Assembly (NCBI RefSeq): GCF_963921235.1 | Contig: NC_086097.1 | Coordinates: forward strand, 221,652,001 to 221,716,000 | Length of the DNA: 64,000 bases | Direction of reading: 5' to 3' | Source of the DNA: Mobula hypostoma | Taxonomy: Eukaryota | In this document: piece by piece, positions 26,350 to 39,399 of the stretch | Layout of the letters: each line of letters opens with the position of its first letter | How positions within the stretch are numbered: position 1 is the first letter of the stretch | Translations under genes and position numbers: made by a program | The notes under the pieces: model-generated | Database searches by the model: none | The model's input: only the letters and a program-made list of their open reading frames with translations | What the model was told of the DNA's origin: nothing

Positions 26350-29300
26350 ACCTGAAATCTGCGTGGCACTTTATATTAACATTATATAAAAGAATATTCC
26401 AGCTGCGAGGCAACAATGGCTATATGCGTGGGAGCACTTTAGTTACAGTGCGGCGTCGCGGTTTAGAAGGAATAGTACTAATGTGTACAAGATTCTGAAT
26501 ACATAGATGCCAAAAGGTTATTTCCACCAGAATAAATAGTTGGTCATTTGGTATTGAGCTGAGGGGAAATACCATTCAGCAGGTTTATGAAGTTGCTGAA
26601 TTCTCTCACCCGAATAACAGGACACTCCACAAATTTTGCATGTGTTCAGGATTGACATCAAGTGACTTTTGGTAGTGGGGATGCAGAGGTAATGGATCGG
26701 TTCCAGGGAGTGTACATTTTGATATTTTAAGCTGCTGTGAACACAATTATACTTTCTGACAGCTAAGCACGGGTGGTTGCAAGGTTCATTTGTATAAACC
26801 CACCAATTATATAAGGAAACAGAGTCACTCCGGTCATTACAATTTAGTTGACTGTGGGAGTTAAACTAATCAAGAATCCCTTGGCAGACCATTGCAAGGC
26901 CCTGCTCTAATAAATCAAATATTGTGTGGCTTTCTTTTCACTTTATTGAGAAAGTTTCAGCCTGAGTTTTCACTTTACAGTTGCTATACCCAAGTAGCGT
27001 GCTCTGTGTGTGAATGCCGCACAGCTGCTGCGGGCACACACTGCGAGAGCAGGACAGTGCATAGTTTGCACCTTATTTCCCCAGCACAATTCACGTTGCT
27101 GCGCCCAAAGCTTCCAGTCAACCTTGTGCAGTCTCCCGCCCACGCAAACTATTCGGAACCGCATGCTGATGCACGGTAATGAAGACGGTCGTTGCCACGA
27201 CTCAACGTCGCATCATTGCCTGTTCATACCCGGCTGATATCTCTTTGCACATAAACCTATTCTAATCACAGCCATGATCGTTCTCAGCAAGCATCTCTTG
27301 ATTCACGAGTTGTACTTTATACAAGGGCATTAATATTGAATGCGTGTGTTCCTTGGCGAGTCTGTGTTTACACGCTTAATAAAGCTGGCTGTCAGCCTGT
27401 AATCGGTTATCGGCGGAGCTGAGCACTTCGCTCTGTCATCCACGGAAATGATTTGGCGCCCCTGTTTGGAGCAATCCCTTTGGCGTCGAGTTTACCGTGG
27501 TTTCTGTGCGGCAGTCTGAAGAATACACAGGGTTCATTCCCAGGCATTTTGTCTGGGGAAAAAAAAAATCAAGATCCAGAATGAATTCATTAAAAGATGG
27601 ATAAACAATTAGATTTTAAATCTCTTATATATTAAAAAAACATAGCCAACTACATTCTTGGCAACCAGTTGACCATTGCCTGATTCAAATAAGCAGACGA
27701 AACTTCTTGAGATGAAGAACTATTTAAACTGGATGTGAATTGTTTGAATAATCATAGCATACGCAAAACAGGATATACGAATGAAATATTCTAAATATTA
27801 GTGTTATTGTTGCGTAGTTCGGAAACCGTCGAACAGATCTAGTATTGTTTTAGAATTATTGCAACGTTTCATTATTGTGCGTTAGAACATTGGTGTATTT
27901 ATTAAAGATTAAAAATGTTTAATCGTTTGGTTATTTTGAAACTACATTCGCCAAACGATTCAAACACATCTTCAATGTTGTAAACTGTGTGAAGATCATC
28001 TGCCTTATCTTTGCCTAAATTAAACAGGGTCGCGATTATAATTGCAATAGTTTCATGTTCTGATCTATAATTACGGTTCCGAGTTATTAAGGACTTCATG
28101 AATGTCACAGCGTCACTGTCGGTCTCTTTTGTGAAATTACAAAATCAGAGAGCTTTTGCTCTTCCGCATTCGGCACTGCTTATTTCTGCGGCGAATAAGT
28201 GATTTCAGTTTGGGCAAAATTTCGGCATCTGAGTTGAGAAAGTATAGAATATATGACAACTGATTTTATACACAACCTGTCGCGCTGACGGCATTGTTTC
28301 ACTAAATGGCCATTATCTTAAACTGTAACAACACCTTATAAAAATCTTATTCTTTGAGTTTCTATAGATAAAATAGTAAAGTTATAACGTAAATTGGTTT
28401 TAATTTAAATAATAAATACCGGTTCTGTGCGCAATAAGTTCATATTTGCCTTGGGTTGACGGCAACCAATTTAATTAAATCTTTCCAGAAAGTACTTGCT
28501 TAAGAGCATCTTGGCTACTTTGTAATTCACTGCCGATTTTAATCCACTGTTCAATATTTACTTCGACAGGTTACGCCTATAAAATCACATTAATAGGAAC
28601 CTTTCCTTCCGCTGACGACCTCTGTTACGGCCGAAACGCTGTACAAACTAACAAACCAGCTTGCCGAAACGATAGTAATTCTTCAGTGGGCTAAAGAATC
28701 AAATCGCCATGACAACAGTCTTTAAATATTTCAAATCGAATTTTTATATTTGTACACTCTAGTCTGGATCTTATAGTATGTTATTTATTTCGTGTTTCAC
28801 GTGTGGCAGTTTTTAGTATCTCTCGTTCAAACCGAAATACTGTGTGTGCTTTTCTTTCAGGTATGCGCGGAAGCTCAATTACTAGCATTTGGGAACACCA
28901 TGTCAAGGGTATAATCCCCTTTCTTACATTCACCCTTTTCTCTATCTCGGGTAAGGTTGCATTTTCTAACGCAAGAGTCTCAACGCAAGGATGGTTTTGC
29001 AATGTGGAAAATACAGTAAACGTTCAGTAATAGGAAACACCACAACTAGGGCTTTGTTATTTACACGTGGTCAATGATGTGTGTAAAGTATGTTCGAAAA
29101 CGCCATTCATCACACAGGTAATCGGTTCTCACGGGATAGAATATTTATAATCATTGAGATGTTCGGACAGAGATGGGGAGGTTACGCTCACAAGTCACCG
29201 TCATTTCCGAAGGAACTCGGTTGTGATAATAAACTCCACTTTAGATTTCGGAAGCAATCGGTGACCTCAATCTGATAGGACTGCAGCGCTTCGTTATAAA

Positions 29301-31050
29301 TTGCCCGTTTTATGGCGGCAAACGCCGCTAGAAAAGTTGCGGCGGCAGCTGCCATTTTTCTCCCCCTTGTAGCGGCGGTACCTCTGCAATTATCTTTATC
29401 TCTTTGGCTGAGCATTGCTTACATTTATAGGGCAGGCGAGATATCATCATACGTAAAGTTTCTGAAAAGCTAATGGGCAGTTTCTCAATCAAGTGAAGAA
29501 GGGCTGGCCGAAATAAACAATTAAAATGTATTCCTGAAACCAATACTTTTCTAGGTTATATGTCTGATAACAATGGATGTTTCGGCTGATTCTGTTAAAT
29601 GAATTCCCCACCTGAACAAGTAACTTATTAAAATTCAGTCATTTGTTTAAATGTACATTAGTCCTATTTCTAATAAGAAAACACCATTTGGGGAACAGAT
29701 ATTTCATTAGATCTCTCAAAGAATATTCATCAAAGTTTCAATATTACTATCTTCCATTCATAACACAGGGCCCTCCTGTGTTTTACATGGAAGGGACTCG
29801 AGAAGGAATAATGAATGGTGATCTCTGGCGGTAGAGTTACACTGCCCGTCTAATTAAACGTCTTATGCAAAGTGTTCTCAGCTGACCCTTCCTCTGTGTT
29901 ATTCGTAGTGAAATATAACACTCAGGGAATTGCCGAAGATGATTTTATAATGTTTAATTTGTGCATTATGATTGCACGTACTTCGTGCAGACATGGACCG
30001 ATACAGCGTAACGTTTAATAACGAGATCCCCTTTTGTGTTAAGAAATGATTACTGTTATCCATTTGTTGCTAGTTATGGACATACGCATTACATATTTCA
30101 CAGTTTTATTAGACTTGCGAATTAATAAATAATACAAGATAATTGAAAGCATTTTTTCACTGATTACCGCAATTAATGTTGATAAAATGATTGAGAACAG
30201 GTGTATCTTTCCAATTAAAGAACGAGAAAGAAAATCACTCTGAATAGTAGTGAAAATTAATGTCGACAAAATTCGAAAATTCTTCAAATAAACCCCAAAA
30301 GAGTGATTTTCTGTATTTCTTGGGAACGCGGTTTGAAACCCGTACTGAAATGGCGAATTGTTGTGTGAAGTTGTGTTCGCATCAGCAGATGCAGCGTCAT
30401 ACGTATTGATTTGAATACGCCACATAATGCCTCATCCATGCCCGCAGAACTTTGCACATTGATTTTAATAATTTCATTTTCTTTTTGTTTAGAGTAGATC
30501 CAAAGTATTTTGGGATGGGGGTAGTGTATTTATTTTACGAAATTGTTAATGTTTGTGGGAATCAACCTTTGATGAGCCAAACAAGCATTTCTCGCCGTTT
30601 TAATATTTATTTCTCCTTTACGAATTGCTCGAATGCTTTTTATATTTACAGGTGATCAAAATCAATTTGAAGGAAACGCCGACGTAATTTTGACAAGTAA
30701 TCTGGTTGGTTGAAAATATACGGTTTTCACAAAATCAGTCCTGTTAACAGTCCCGTATCCGATTTTCTGTCAAAAAGGTTGAAAAATTCACAGAGGAATA
30801 CCTTGTTTATATAATAATAATTCACGCTCAGTACGCATTTATTTCCGATCGATAAAACCCAAGGCACAATTCTCTGACTTTTTTTCAAGCAGGAAGATGA
30901 CTAACATCCATTGCAGTCTGGTAGGTTGTAAGCTAACTAACCGGTGGTGTACAGGACCCACAAACTCCACCTTTGGTGGGACAGGTAGAATTTGAATGAT
31001 TAGATTACTGTGCTTTATCTGCTGTTAGCGCTTAGCCGCTCCATGTTCCC
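26350..31050. promoter_or_regulatory. TE-free CpG-retaining domain (hypomethylated regulatory region)
   Basis: CpGs are visibly frequent despite AT-rich composition; no recognisable repeats; E2F-, YY1- and Cdx/Hox-like motifs. Confidence 0.6.
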
Positions 31051-31899
31051 AGTGGAGAGTCATAAACTGCTCAGAGCCTAGTCAAAGTTTTCTCATCAGA
31101 CTGAGCTCCCAGAAACCAGGAAATTTGAGATGAGAATATTATATCTCTTCAAGGAGGATTTAATGATCCTCTGGAAGTTAGTCACAGTGATGGAGCTCAG
31201 AATATTATGTTAACTTCTGGTGTCAGGAGCAGCTCAAGTGTCACCAGAGACTCCATGCTCCGGGTGTTGGACTGGAGGAGATGGTTGACAATCCTGCCAT
31301 TGCATTTGAAAAATGCTGCAGAAGTTGCATTGGTGGTTTGAAGCGCAGGAGCGCAGGGATTACGGTAGTTTATGAGTTTGGTGCTGGATGTGAGATCCTG
31401 GACTTTGAAACCAATTGTTGAAAGGTGGCAAAAATCAGTCCATTGGAGGTGTGTTAAGCCTAGTTGCTGATGTCTGCACTCACCAAGAGGGGTCTCCAAG
31501 ATATAGGAAATCATCCGTGTTGACAAGTGGTGTGGCTTGCTATGGATCTTTGTTGTTAGGATGGAGTGTACTGTGGTGGGGGCAGGTTGGTGGAGGGGGT
31601 TTGTCATCTGGAGATTTATTGTTTGGCCCATTTGCTCTCAGAGAACAGCCGAAGAATCAGAGGTAGTTTGATTCTGCTCCCATATGCACATATGTGCAAG
31701 CACTGGCTTGATCAGATATCTCTTCTTGAAGGTGATCACAGTTTTAACATCCTTAAGATTAACTGGGAGCTTTCCTTTTTGCTACTAAAGGAAATTAAGT
31801 AATGCATTTGGATAGAGATGCTTCTCCATTGCCTTCAGTGGGGGGGTGCGTTGACTGTACTGGAGTGTCTTATAAAGTTAAATCAAGTGACATAGGCAA

Positions 31900-34800
31900 A
31901 AACAGGGATTCGCTTCCAGATAATTCCTTCTATGCTTGCTTTGACCATCAAAACATGAAGGGACCATCACAAATTCCAACAGCTCCCAATGATCCTGTGA
32001 GTTTTAGTCTCTGTGGCTGACATGCGAGCAGTGTTCAGGAGGGTGAACCCACGAAAAGCATCTGGCCAAGACTGGGTACCTGGCCAAGTACTAAAGAACT
32101 GTGCTGATCAATTGGCAGGAGAGATCTGTAACCTCTCACTTCAGCGTTCTAAGGTACCAAACTGCTTCAGACAGGTTCAATTATACCAGTGCCTAAGAAA
32201 ATCATGGTAACCTGCCTCGATGACAACCATCCAATAGCACTTACATCTACAGTGAAGAAATGTTTTGAGAGGTTAGTGATAAACAAATCAACTCCTGACT
32301 GAGAAGCATCTTGTATCCACTCCAATTTGCCTACTGGAGAAACAAATTCACAGCGGATGCCATCTCATTAGCTCTTCACTCAACCCTGGAACACCTGGGC
32401 AGTGAAGATGCATGAATCAGGATGTTCTTCATTGACTACAGTTCTGCATGTAATACTATCATCCCCTCAAAACTAACCAATAAGCTTCAAGATTATTACC
32501 CCATGCAAGGCTTATTGAGAAAGTAAGGAGGGCCAGAAAGGGCCATGAGAAAGCCTTGGCCGACAGGATTAAGGAAAACTGCAAGGCATTCTACAACTGT
32601 GTGAAGAGCAAGAGGATAAGACGTGAGAGAATAGGACCAATCAAGTGTGACCGTGGAAAAGTGTGTATGGAACTGGAGGTGGTAGTGAAGGTACTTAATG
32701 AATACTTTGCTTCAGTATTCACTACGGAAAAGGACCTTGGCGATTGTAGGGATGACTTATAGTGGACTGAAAAGCTTGAGAATGTAGATATTAAGGAAGG
32801 GGATGTGCTAGAGCTTTTGGAAAGCATCAAGTTGGATAAGTCTCCAGGACTGGATGAGCTGTACCCCAGGCTACTGTGGGACGTAAGGGAGGAGATTGTG
32901 AGCCTCTGGCAATGATCTTTGCATCATCAATGAGGACGGGAGAGTTTCCAGAAGATTGGAAGGTTGCTGATGTTGTTCCAATATTCAAGAAAGGGTACAG
33001 AGATAGCCCAGGAAATTATAGACCAGTGAGTCTTACTTTAGTTGTTGGTAAATTGATGGAGAAGATCCTGAGAGGCAGGACTTATGAACATTTGGAAAGG
33101 CATAATTTATTAGGAATAGTCAGCACGGCTTTGTCAAAGGCAGGTCGTGCCTTACTAGCCTGATGGAATTTTTTGAGGATGTGACTAAATGCATTGATGA
33201 AGGTAGAGCAGTAGATGTAGTGATATGGATTTCAGCAAGGCATTTGTCAAGGTTCCCCATGCAAGGCTTATTGAGAAAGTAAGGAGGTACGAGATCCAAG
33301 AGGACATTGCTTTGCGGATCCAGAACTGGCTTGCCCACAGAAGGCAAAGACTGGTTGTAGACGGGTTATATTCTGCATGGAGTTGGTGACCAGTGGTGTG
33401 CCTCAGGGATCTGTTCTGGGACCATTACTCTTTGTGATTTTTATAAATGACTTGAATGAGGAAGTGAAGGGATGGGTTAGTAAATTTGCTGATGACCCAA
33501 AGGTCAGGGGTGTTGTGGGTAGTGTGAAGGGCTGTCATAAGGTTACAGTAGGACATTGATAGGATGCAAAAATGGGCTGATAAGTGGCAAATGGAGTTCA
33601 ATCCAGATAAGTGTGAGGTGGTTCATTTTGGTAGATCAAATATGATGGCAGAATATAATATTAATGGTAATGGCAGTATGGAGTATCAGAGGGAGTCTGG
33701 GGTCCAAGTCCATAGGCCACTCAAAGCTGCTATGCAGGTTGACTCTGTGGTTAAGAAGGCATATGGTGCATTGGCCTTCATCAATTGTGGAATTGAGTTT
33801 AAGAGCCGAGGGGTAATGTTGCAGCTCTATAGGACCCTGGTCAGACCACACTTGGAGCACTGTGCTCAGTTCTGATCACCTCACTACAGGGAGGATGTGG
33901 AAACCGTAGAAAGGGTGCAGGGGAGATTTACAAGGTTGTTGCCTGGTTTGGGGAGCATACCTTATTCGAATTGATAGAGTGAACTCGGACTTTTCTCCTT
34001 GGAGCGACGGAGGATGAGAGGTGACCTGACAGAGGTGTACAAGATGATGAGAGGCATTGATTGTGTGAATAGTCAGAGGCTTTTTCCCAGGGCTGAAATG
34101 GCTAGCATAAAAGGGTACAGTTTTTAGGTGCTTGAGAGTAGGTACAGAGGAGATGTCAGGGGTAAATTTCTTATGCAGAGAGTGGTGAGTGTGTGGAATG
34201 GGCTGCTGGGGATGGCGGTGGAGGCGGAAATGATAGGGTCTTTTAAAAGACTCCTGGACAGGTACATGGAGCTTAGAAAAATAGAGAGCTATGGGTAACT
34301 GTAGGTAATTTCTAAGGTAAGGACATAAAGGGCCTGTATTGTGCTGTAGGTTTTCTATGTTTCTATGTTTCTGAGATCTTAGCTTCAATACCTCCTTGTG
34401 CAATTGGATCCTCAATTTCCTCACTTGCAGACCCCAGTCAGTTTGGATTGGCAACATCATCTCCTCCACGATCTCCACCAGCACAGGTGCATCACAAGGT
34501 TGTGTGTTTAGACACCTGCTCTTCTCGCTTTACGCTTACAACTGTGTCAGTATGTAGGATGGAGATTGAAGATCTGGTTGAATAGTGCTTTAACAACAAC
34601 GTCAGCAAGACCAAGGAGCTGATTATTGATTTTGGGGGGAGGAAATCAGAGCACATCTAGAACAAAGCATTGTCACAGGAAGGCAGTAACCATCATTGGG
34701 ACCCCACCACCCAGATCATGCTGTCTTCTTACTGTTGTCATCAGGAAGAGGGTATAGAGGCCTCAGGACCCACACCTCCAGGTTCAGGAACAGTTATTAC

Positions 34801-35140
34801 CCCTCAGCCATCAAGCTTTTGAACCTAAGGGTATAAATTCACTCAACTTCACTTGCCCCCATCATTGAAATGTTTCCACAACCTTAGGACTCACATTCAA
34901 GACCTCCTCATCTCATGTTATCAATATTTATTGCTTATTTATTATTACTATTACTTCTTTTTTATTGTACTTGCGCTCTTTGTTGTCCTTCACACACTGG
35001 TTGCATGCCCAAGTTGGTGCGGTGGTTTTCATTGATTCTATTATGGATCTGTTATGCCCACAAGAAAATAAATCTCAGGGTTGTAACTGTGGACATATAT
35101 GTATTTTGATAATAAATTTACCTTGAACTTTGAACTTTGG
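31900..35140 (+). mobile_element. Rex1/Babar LINE, decayed, interrupted by CR1
   Basis: [21 protein letters not shown]...CADQLAG, LQFAY, FIDYSSA; resumes at 34373 ([10 protein letters not shown]...QGCV); (TTGAAC)n tail. Confidence 0.9.
32499..34372 (+). mobile_element. CR1 LINE ORF2, 5'-truncated, inserted in Rex1
   Basis: PGNYRPVSLT, SGVPQGSVLGP, FADD, RPHLEHCAQF; (TTTCTATG)n tail. Confidence 0.95.
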
Positions 35141-36626
35141 TATTTTTTTAGCAGCCTTTTTGTTCTCATACTGGCCCATGGTAATGGGTGGCAGAAAACA
35201 TATGAAATGGAGTCAACTAAAGACAGAGCATTATTTGAGGAGATTATTAGAAAGATTTTTAGTAGCTTAATCTGATTTTATTTGTCCCTATCTAGCACAA
35301 TAGGTCATTCATTTTCAGTCAATCAGAGAAATTACCTGTGATTCACGTATTTCGCCCCCCCCCCACATCCCTTATCTAAACTAACTTGTTTCTCTCTTCT
35401 ACCTTTCTAATGAACTGTTCTAGATCTGGAACATTAATTATTTCTTTTTTAACAGACGCTGCCTGGCCTGCTGAGAACCATTGTCCTGAAAGCATGGTAC
35501 ATAGCATGTGGATATCACCTGCAAAACCAATATTTATAGCCCATCTCTTATTCCCTTTCAAAAAAACAATGATGAGTTGTTTAGATTGAGTACACCTATA
35601 GGCAAAAATGTTCTGAAAGTCACCATTTTCAGGTGATGGACAGTGTCTTCCTTCTCATATATTGGATATTTAGCAGTTTTAAGTGAGAACAGGTTTCAAA
35701 CCCAAGGTTTAGCACATACAAGGTAAATCCTTACACTAAGTGAAAGTTCCGAGCCTGGTTATATATTCCCACACCTGCCCTATCACCGAATCACACTTCG
35801 GTCTTTTCCTGTACTTCACCAATGCCTCTTTCTGATTTGATCTATTTCCTTTGATCACTTTTCTCACCTCTTCTTCAAAATGCAAATATACTCTAGCACC
35901 CTTTGCACAGCTCTCCCTCCTTTCTGTATTGAGTACATCCTTATACTCAACGATTTTAATGCTCATGCCAAGTTCTCTGCCAAATCACTCTACTGTCCTC
36001 TGAGTCTCCATATAATCCCTACTTCGGCAGAATCTCTTAACCATTTTCATGTCCGTCTTTAATTCTGAGATCATGTGTGTTCTCTAAACTCCCGTATTTT
36101 TAATTGCAAACAAAAGCTTTTATCCATAACCATTAGCTTCACTTCACCCTTTTCCAATCCTACTTCTTTTAGCATCCTTCCTGGAATAAGCTCTCTCCAA
36201 TGGCATTATTAAATTCTTCATACTTGGTGTATCTAATCTTTCATGCTGCACTTGTCATGATAATTTTAGCAATTCCTCTTCTTCCACTTTTGAAGCTATT
36301 CTCCAGTAAAAGCTCCATTTTCAATCTAATATAGCCTCTCTCTCTGAATTCATAGTTTTAAGATGCACATTTCATAACCACTGGACTCCTGGAATTAACT
36401 AGTTGTATGCACACATCTCCAGGAGTGCAGTGGTTGAAGAAGGCAACCCACTACCTTCTCAAAGGTGACTGGGACACAATTAAATGTTGACTCAGCTTGC
36501 GAAGCCCACATCCCTTGAATGATTACATATAACATGATTTCAGTTGTATACCTGGCACACAGCAGTTTTTGGCTTACATCAATATGGAGAGAGACACATT
36601 TGGATTGTTTCTCTAGAGTGGTGGAG

Positions 36627-36960
36627 GTTTAAAGGTCCAATTTAATGTTAGACAAATATATACAATATACATCCTGAAATGCTTTTTCTTCCCAAACATC
36701 CACAAAAACAGAGAGGTCCCCTAAGAGTGAACGACAGATAAATGTTAAAACCCCAAAGTCCCCCCCAGCTCCCTCCTCCTGCACAGAAGCAGCAGCAAGC
36801 AACAATCCCCCGCCCCCCCATCAGCACCATCATCAAGCACTCAAGCATGAGCAAAGCCACAGACTTGCAGTTACCCCAAAGACTTCGTGTTACACCCAGC
36901 ATTTGACATCACACAGGTTCTCCCTCTCCCTAATAAGGGAGAAAAAGGTGACTCAATTTT
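36627..36960 (-). mobile_element. Non-autonomous retroposon with Rex1-like tail
   Basis: Tail matches reverse complement of 8345-8420 (ATTTCAGG...TGTATA...ACATTAAATTG). Confidence 0.55.
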
Positions 36961-36969
36961 CCCAGTGAC

Positions 36970-37275
36970 ATAGGGCAGAACAGACCCTTCTGGCCCTTTG
37001 AACTGCGCCGCCCAGCAACCCTCGATTTAATCGCAGATTAGTCATGGGACAATTTACAATGACCAATTAACTTAATAACCCGCACACACAAAATGCTGGA
37101 GGAACTCAGCAGGCCAGGCAGCATCTATGGAAGTGAGTAAATGTCCGAGATGAACTCAGCAGACCAGGCAGCATCTATCGAAAATCGTAAACAGTAGGCA
37201 GTTTTTCTCTTGTTTTAGATTGTCCCGGCCTTTAACCTACTAACCTGCGCGTCTTTGACTGTGGGGGAGAGGCAG
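36970..37275 (-). mobile_element. V-SINE fragment interrupted by tandem Penelope tail pieces (37082-37195)
   Basis: GGACAATTTACAATGACCAATTAAC and CGTCTTTGACTGTGGG are reverse-complement SINE core; GAACTCAGCAG(G/A)CCAGGCAGCATCTAT occurs twice. Confidence 0.7.
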
Positions 37276-37279
37276 AGTG

Positions 37280-39130
37280 AGGTCTTCGTCAGTCAGAGTT
37301 GACCATGCATATTGTGTCCTAGCTCTCTAGACATGCAAGCCAGAGAGAGCAAGCTGTGGCCCATGTAGCAAGCTCCCCCTCTCCATGCACCTGATGAACC
37401 ACCCCCACCACCCGAAGGAATAGCATAGACCGATAACAGAGGCACTGATAGAGTAGACAAACAAAATGTCCAGAGGACATGTGTTCTTGATGGAAATAAC
37501 TTGGATTAGTAATACCCACGACTGGGGTGCCCCGATGCATACCTGGTGCTGAAGTGACCACGTGGTGGCTGTGCACTCTTGTGGAGGGGGCAAGCTGGGT
37601 GCTTGGTCGGTGAGGGAAATGTGACGGACATGGAGTGTGCGCTGCAAAGGATGCAAGGATGGCCAATAGTGAGGTCAGTTGGTGTACAATCACCAGAGCT
37701 GCCATTCTGGAATTCAGACCTCCAGCTGACTATCTCTCTGAGACGGAGAGGTGAAGCATAGATCAGGAAGGAGCCCGCCACCAGCAGGATGTATAAATGG
37801 ATCTTCTGTTTATTACAGGTTGATGGCTGATTGATTTCCTGAGCATGTTGCTGCACTACCGTAGTACACAGTTGCCTCCTGTAGATGTTTCAGATTGCAA
37901 AGCCCACGGATGTGGTGTGATAGTTGCTGAAGGACATTTAGCTGACATCGGGCAAAAAACTGATTTCGCATTCATGAGGGAGCAATAGTAGGCGACCTTA
38001 ACTGGACAAATGAGCAGAGGGCATGGAGAGCAAATCAAGCTGAATGAAAGAGGAGGAAAGAGGCTGAATGACTCACTTTGTCTATCCTGGTTATCCAAGG
38101 GACAATTCTTCAGTCTGAGTATTAGAGATGTGTAATGTATGACATGCCAGCACAATTGCTTTATGGGTTCCACATATCAACTGTTAGAGTGAGATTTTTT
38201 GGGTAGATGATTTGTTTACACTTAAATGACTTTGGCCACTTGACTTCTATTTGACAAAGTACTGTGGATTGAGTCCACAACAATGTGCTTCCTAAAAAGC
38301 TGTGAATACCAGATGCTTCTAGTGCCGTAGTTTGCTGTAGTTTCGAAGACAGTTTTATCTATACATTATAAATATTAATTGTCTTCTATGTTAGCATAGG
38401 AAAGCCAAATAAATGTATCGTAGACTTAACTTACATTGCTAAAGGCTGTGGATACCAACCCAGACATGTTGGCGTTGGAAGGAAAGGGTGGTGTGATATT
38501 TTGTATGTAGCTTCAATAGGAAACATTGTCTATGCATTGTCTATAACATTTTAAAGTAGCGATTGCCTTTGTGTTTACCTTATAAATATTGAGCCCACAT
38601 TGAGCTAGCAGACCTTTCTGCGGAAAGCGTCTCTGTCTGTATGATGCCTGCTGTACCTTGTTGTGTCGAATAAAGAAGCTGCTTTGTACCTACCAGTGAC
38701 TCTGTCTCTCTGGTGATTTCATCCACGCTACAACATCAACTAAACTAAAAGGGATTCCATTCCCTCAATTCAAGCTGATGTGTAACCACAGAGTGGATCA
38801 AGCAGATCAGTCGCTGACATCCGATCAAAATCTGTGATGTTTTTAATCAGAGGCAGTGCTAGCCATATTAGAGTCTCAGCAAGGCAAAGGAAGGCCCTTA
38901 CTCATCGAGGCCTACACTCTACTTCAACGGCTGATGAGTTAGGGATCCTACTGAAAGAGCAGTGGGTAGCATGAATACAATGGAAGCAATCCTACCACCA
39001 AAAAAATGTCAGAACAGACTGTAAAGGTGCTTGGAACACCCTGGAAGGCACTAGCAGGACTTGCTTGAGGAGACATCATAAGTCATTGTTGCATGTCTCA
39101 TTGCTGACGAGTTACTGTTGGAAGCAGACA
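37280..39130 (-). mobile_element. Decayed non-LTR retrotransposon 3' portion, possibly I-group (Nimb/Ingi-like)
   Basis: CxxC knuckle-like HPCILCSAH near the ORF end; 3' terminus shared with 43430-43630; clade assignment tentative. Confidence 0.4.
38182..38735 (+). mobile_element. Solo LTR, 554 bp
   Basis: TG...CA ends (TGTTAGAGTG/CGCTACAACA), TSD TCAAC at 38177-38181 and 38736-38740, TATAAATA at 38581, AATAAA at 38669. Confidence 0.85.
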
Positions 39131-39399
39131 TTGTGAACGTAATGACGGAGGGAGACCTGACGGGCAGGATATATTGTAAAGGGCGGATATGCTGAGAGTA
39201 GATAACTCAACTGTTTGGCTGGTATGCATTCGGAATGGTAAGGAATGGGGATGGAAGCAGTGGAAGGAATTGGTATAATTTTACAATCTTCTTTAGATAT
39301 GCAGGAAGTGCCAAGCAATTTGTAAATGACAAATGTGCACCTTTGTTCAAGCAAGAGTGTAAATACAATCCTTGTAGTCAAAGTAGTTTAGCTTAACTG

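Noticed and set aside
29188..29415. ORF with MAAAAATF resembling a protein N-terminus
   Set aside because: Short, no recognisable domain or clear splice donor; explained by GCG/YY1-type motifs in CpG-rich DNA
30722..30780. Imperfect hairpin around the CTGTTAACAG palindrome as a possible pre-miRNA
   Set aside because: Pairing too weak and no known mature miRNA recognised
33876..34484. Longest ORF in the window (202 aa, minus strand)
   Set aside because: Antisense to CR1 and Rex1 sequence and spans their junction; not a gene
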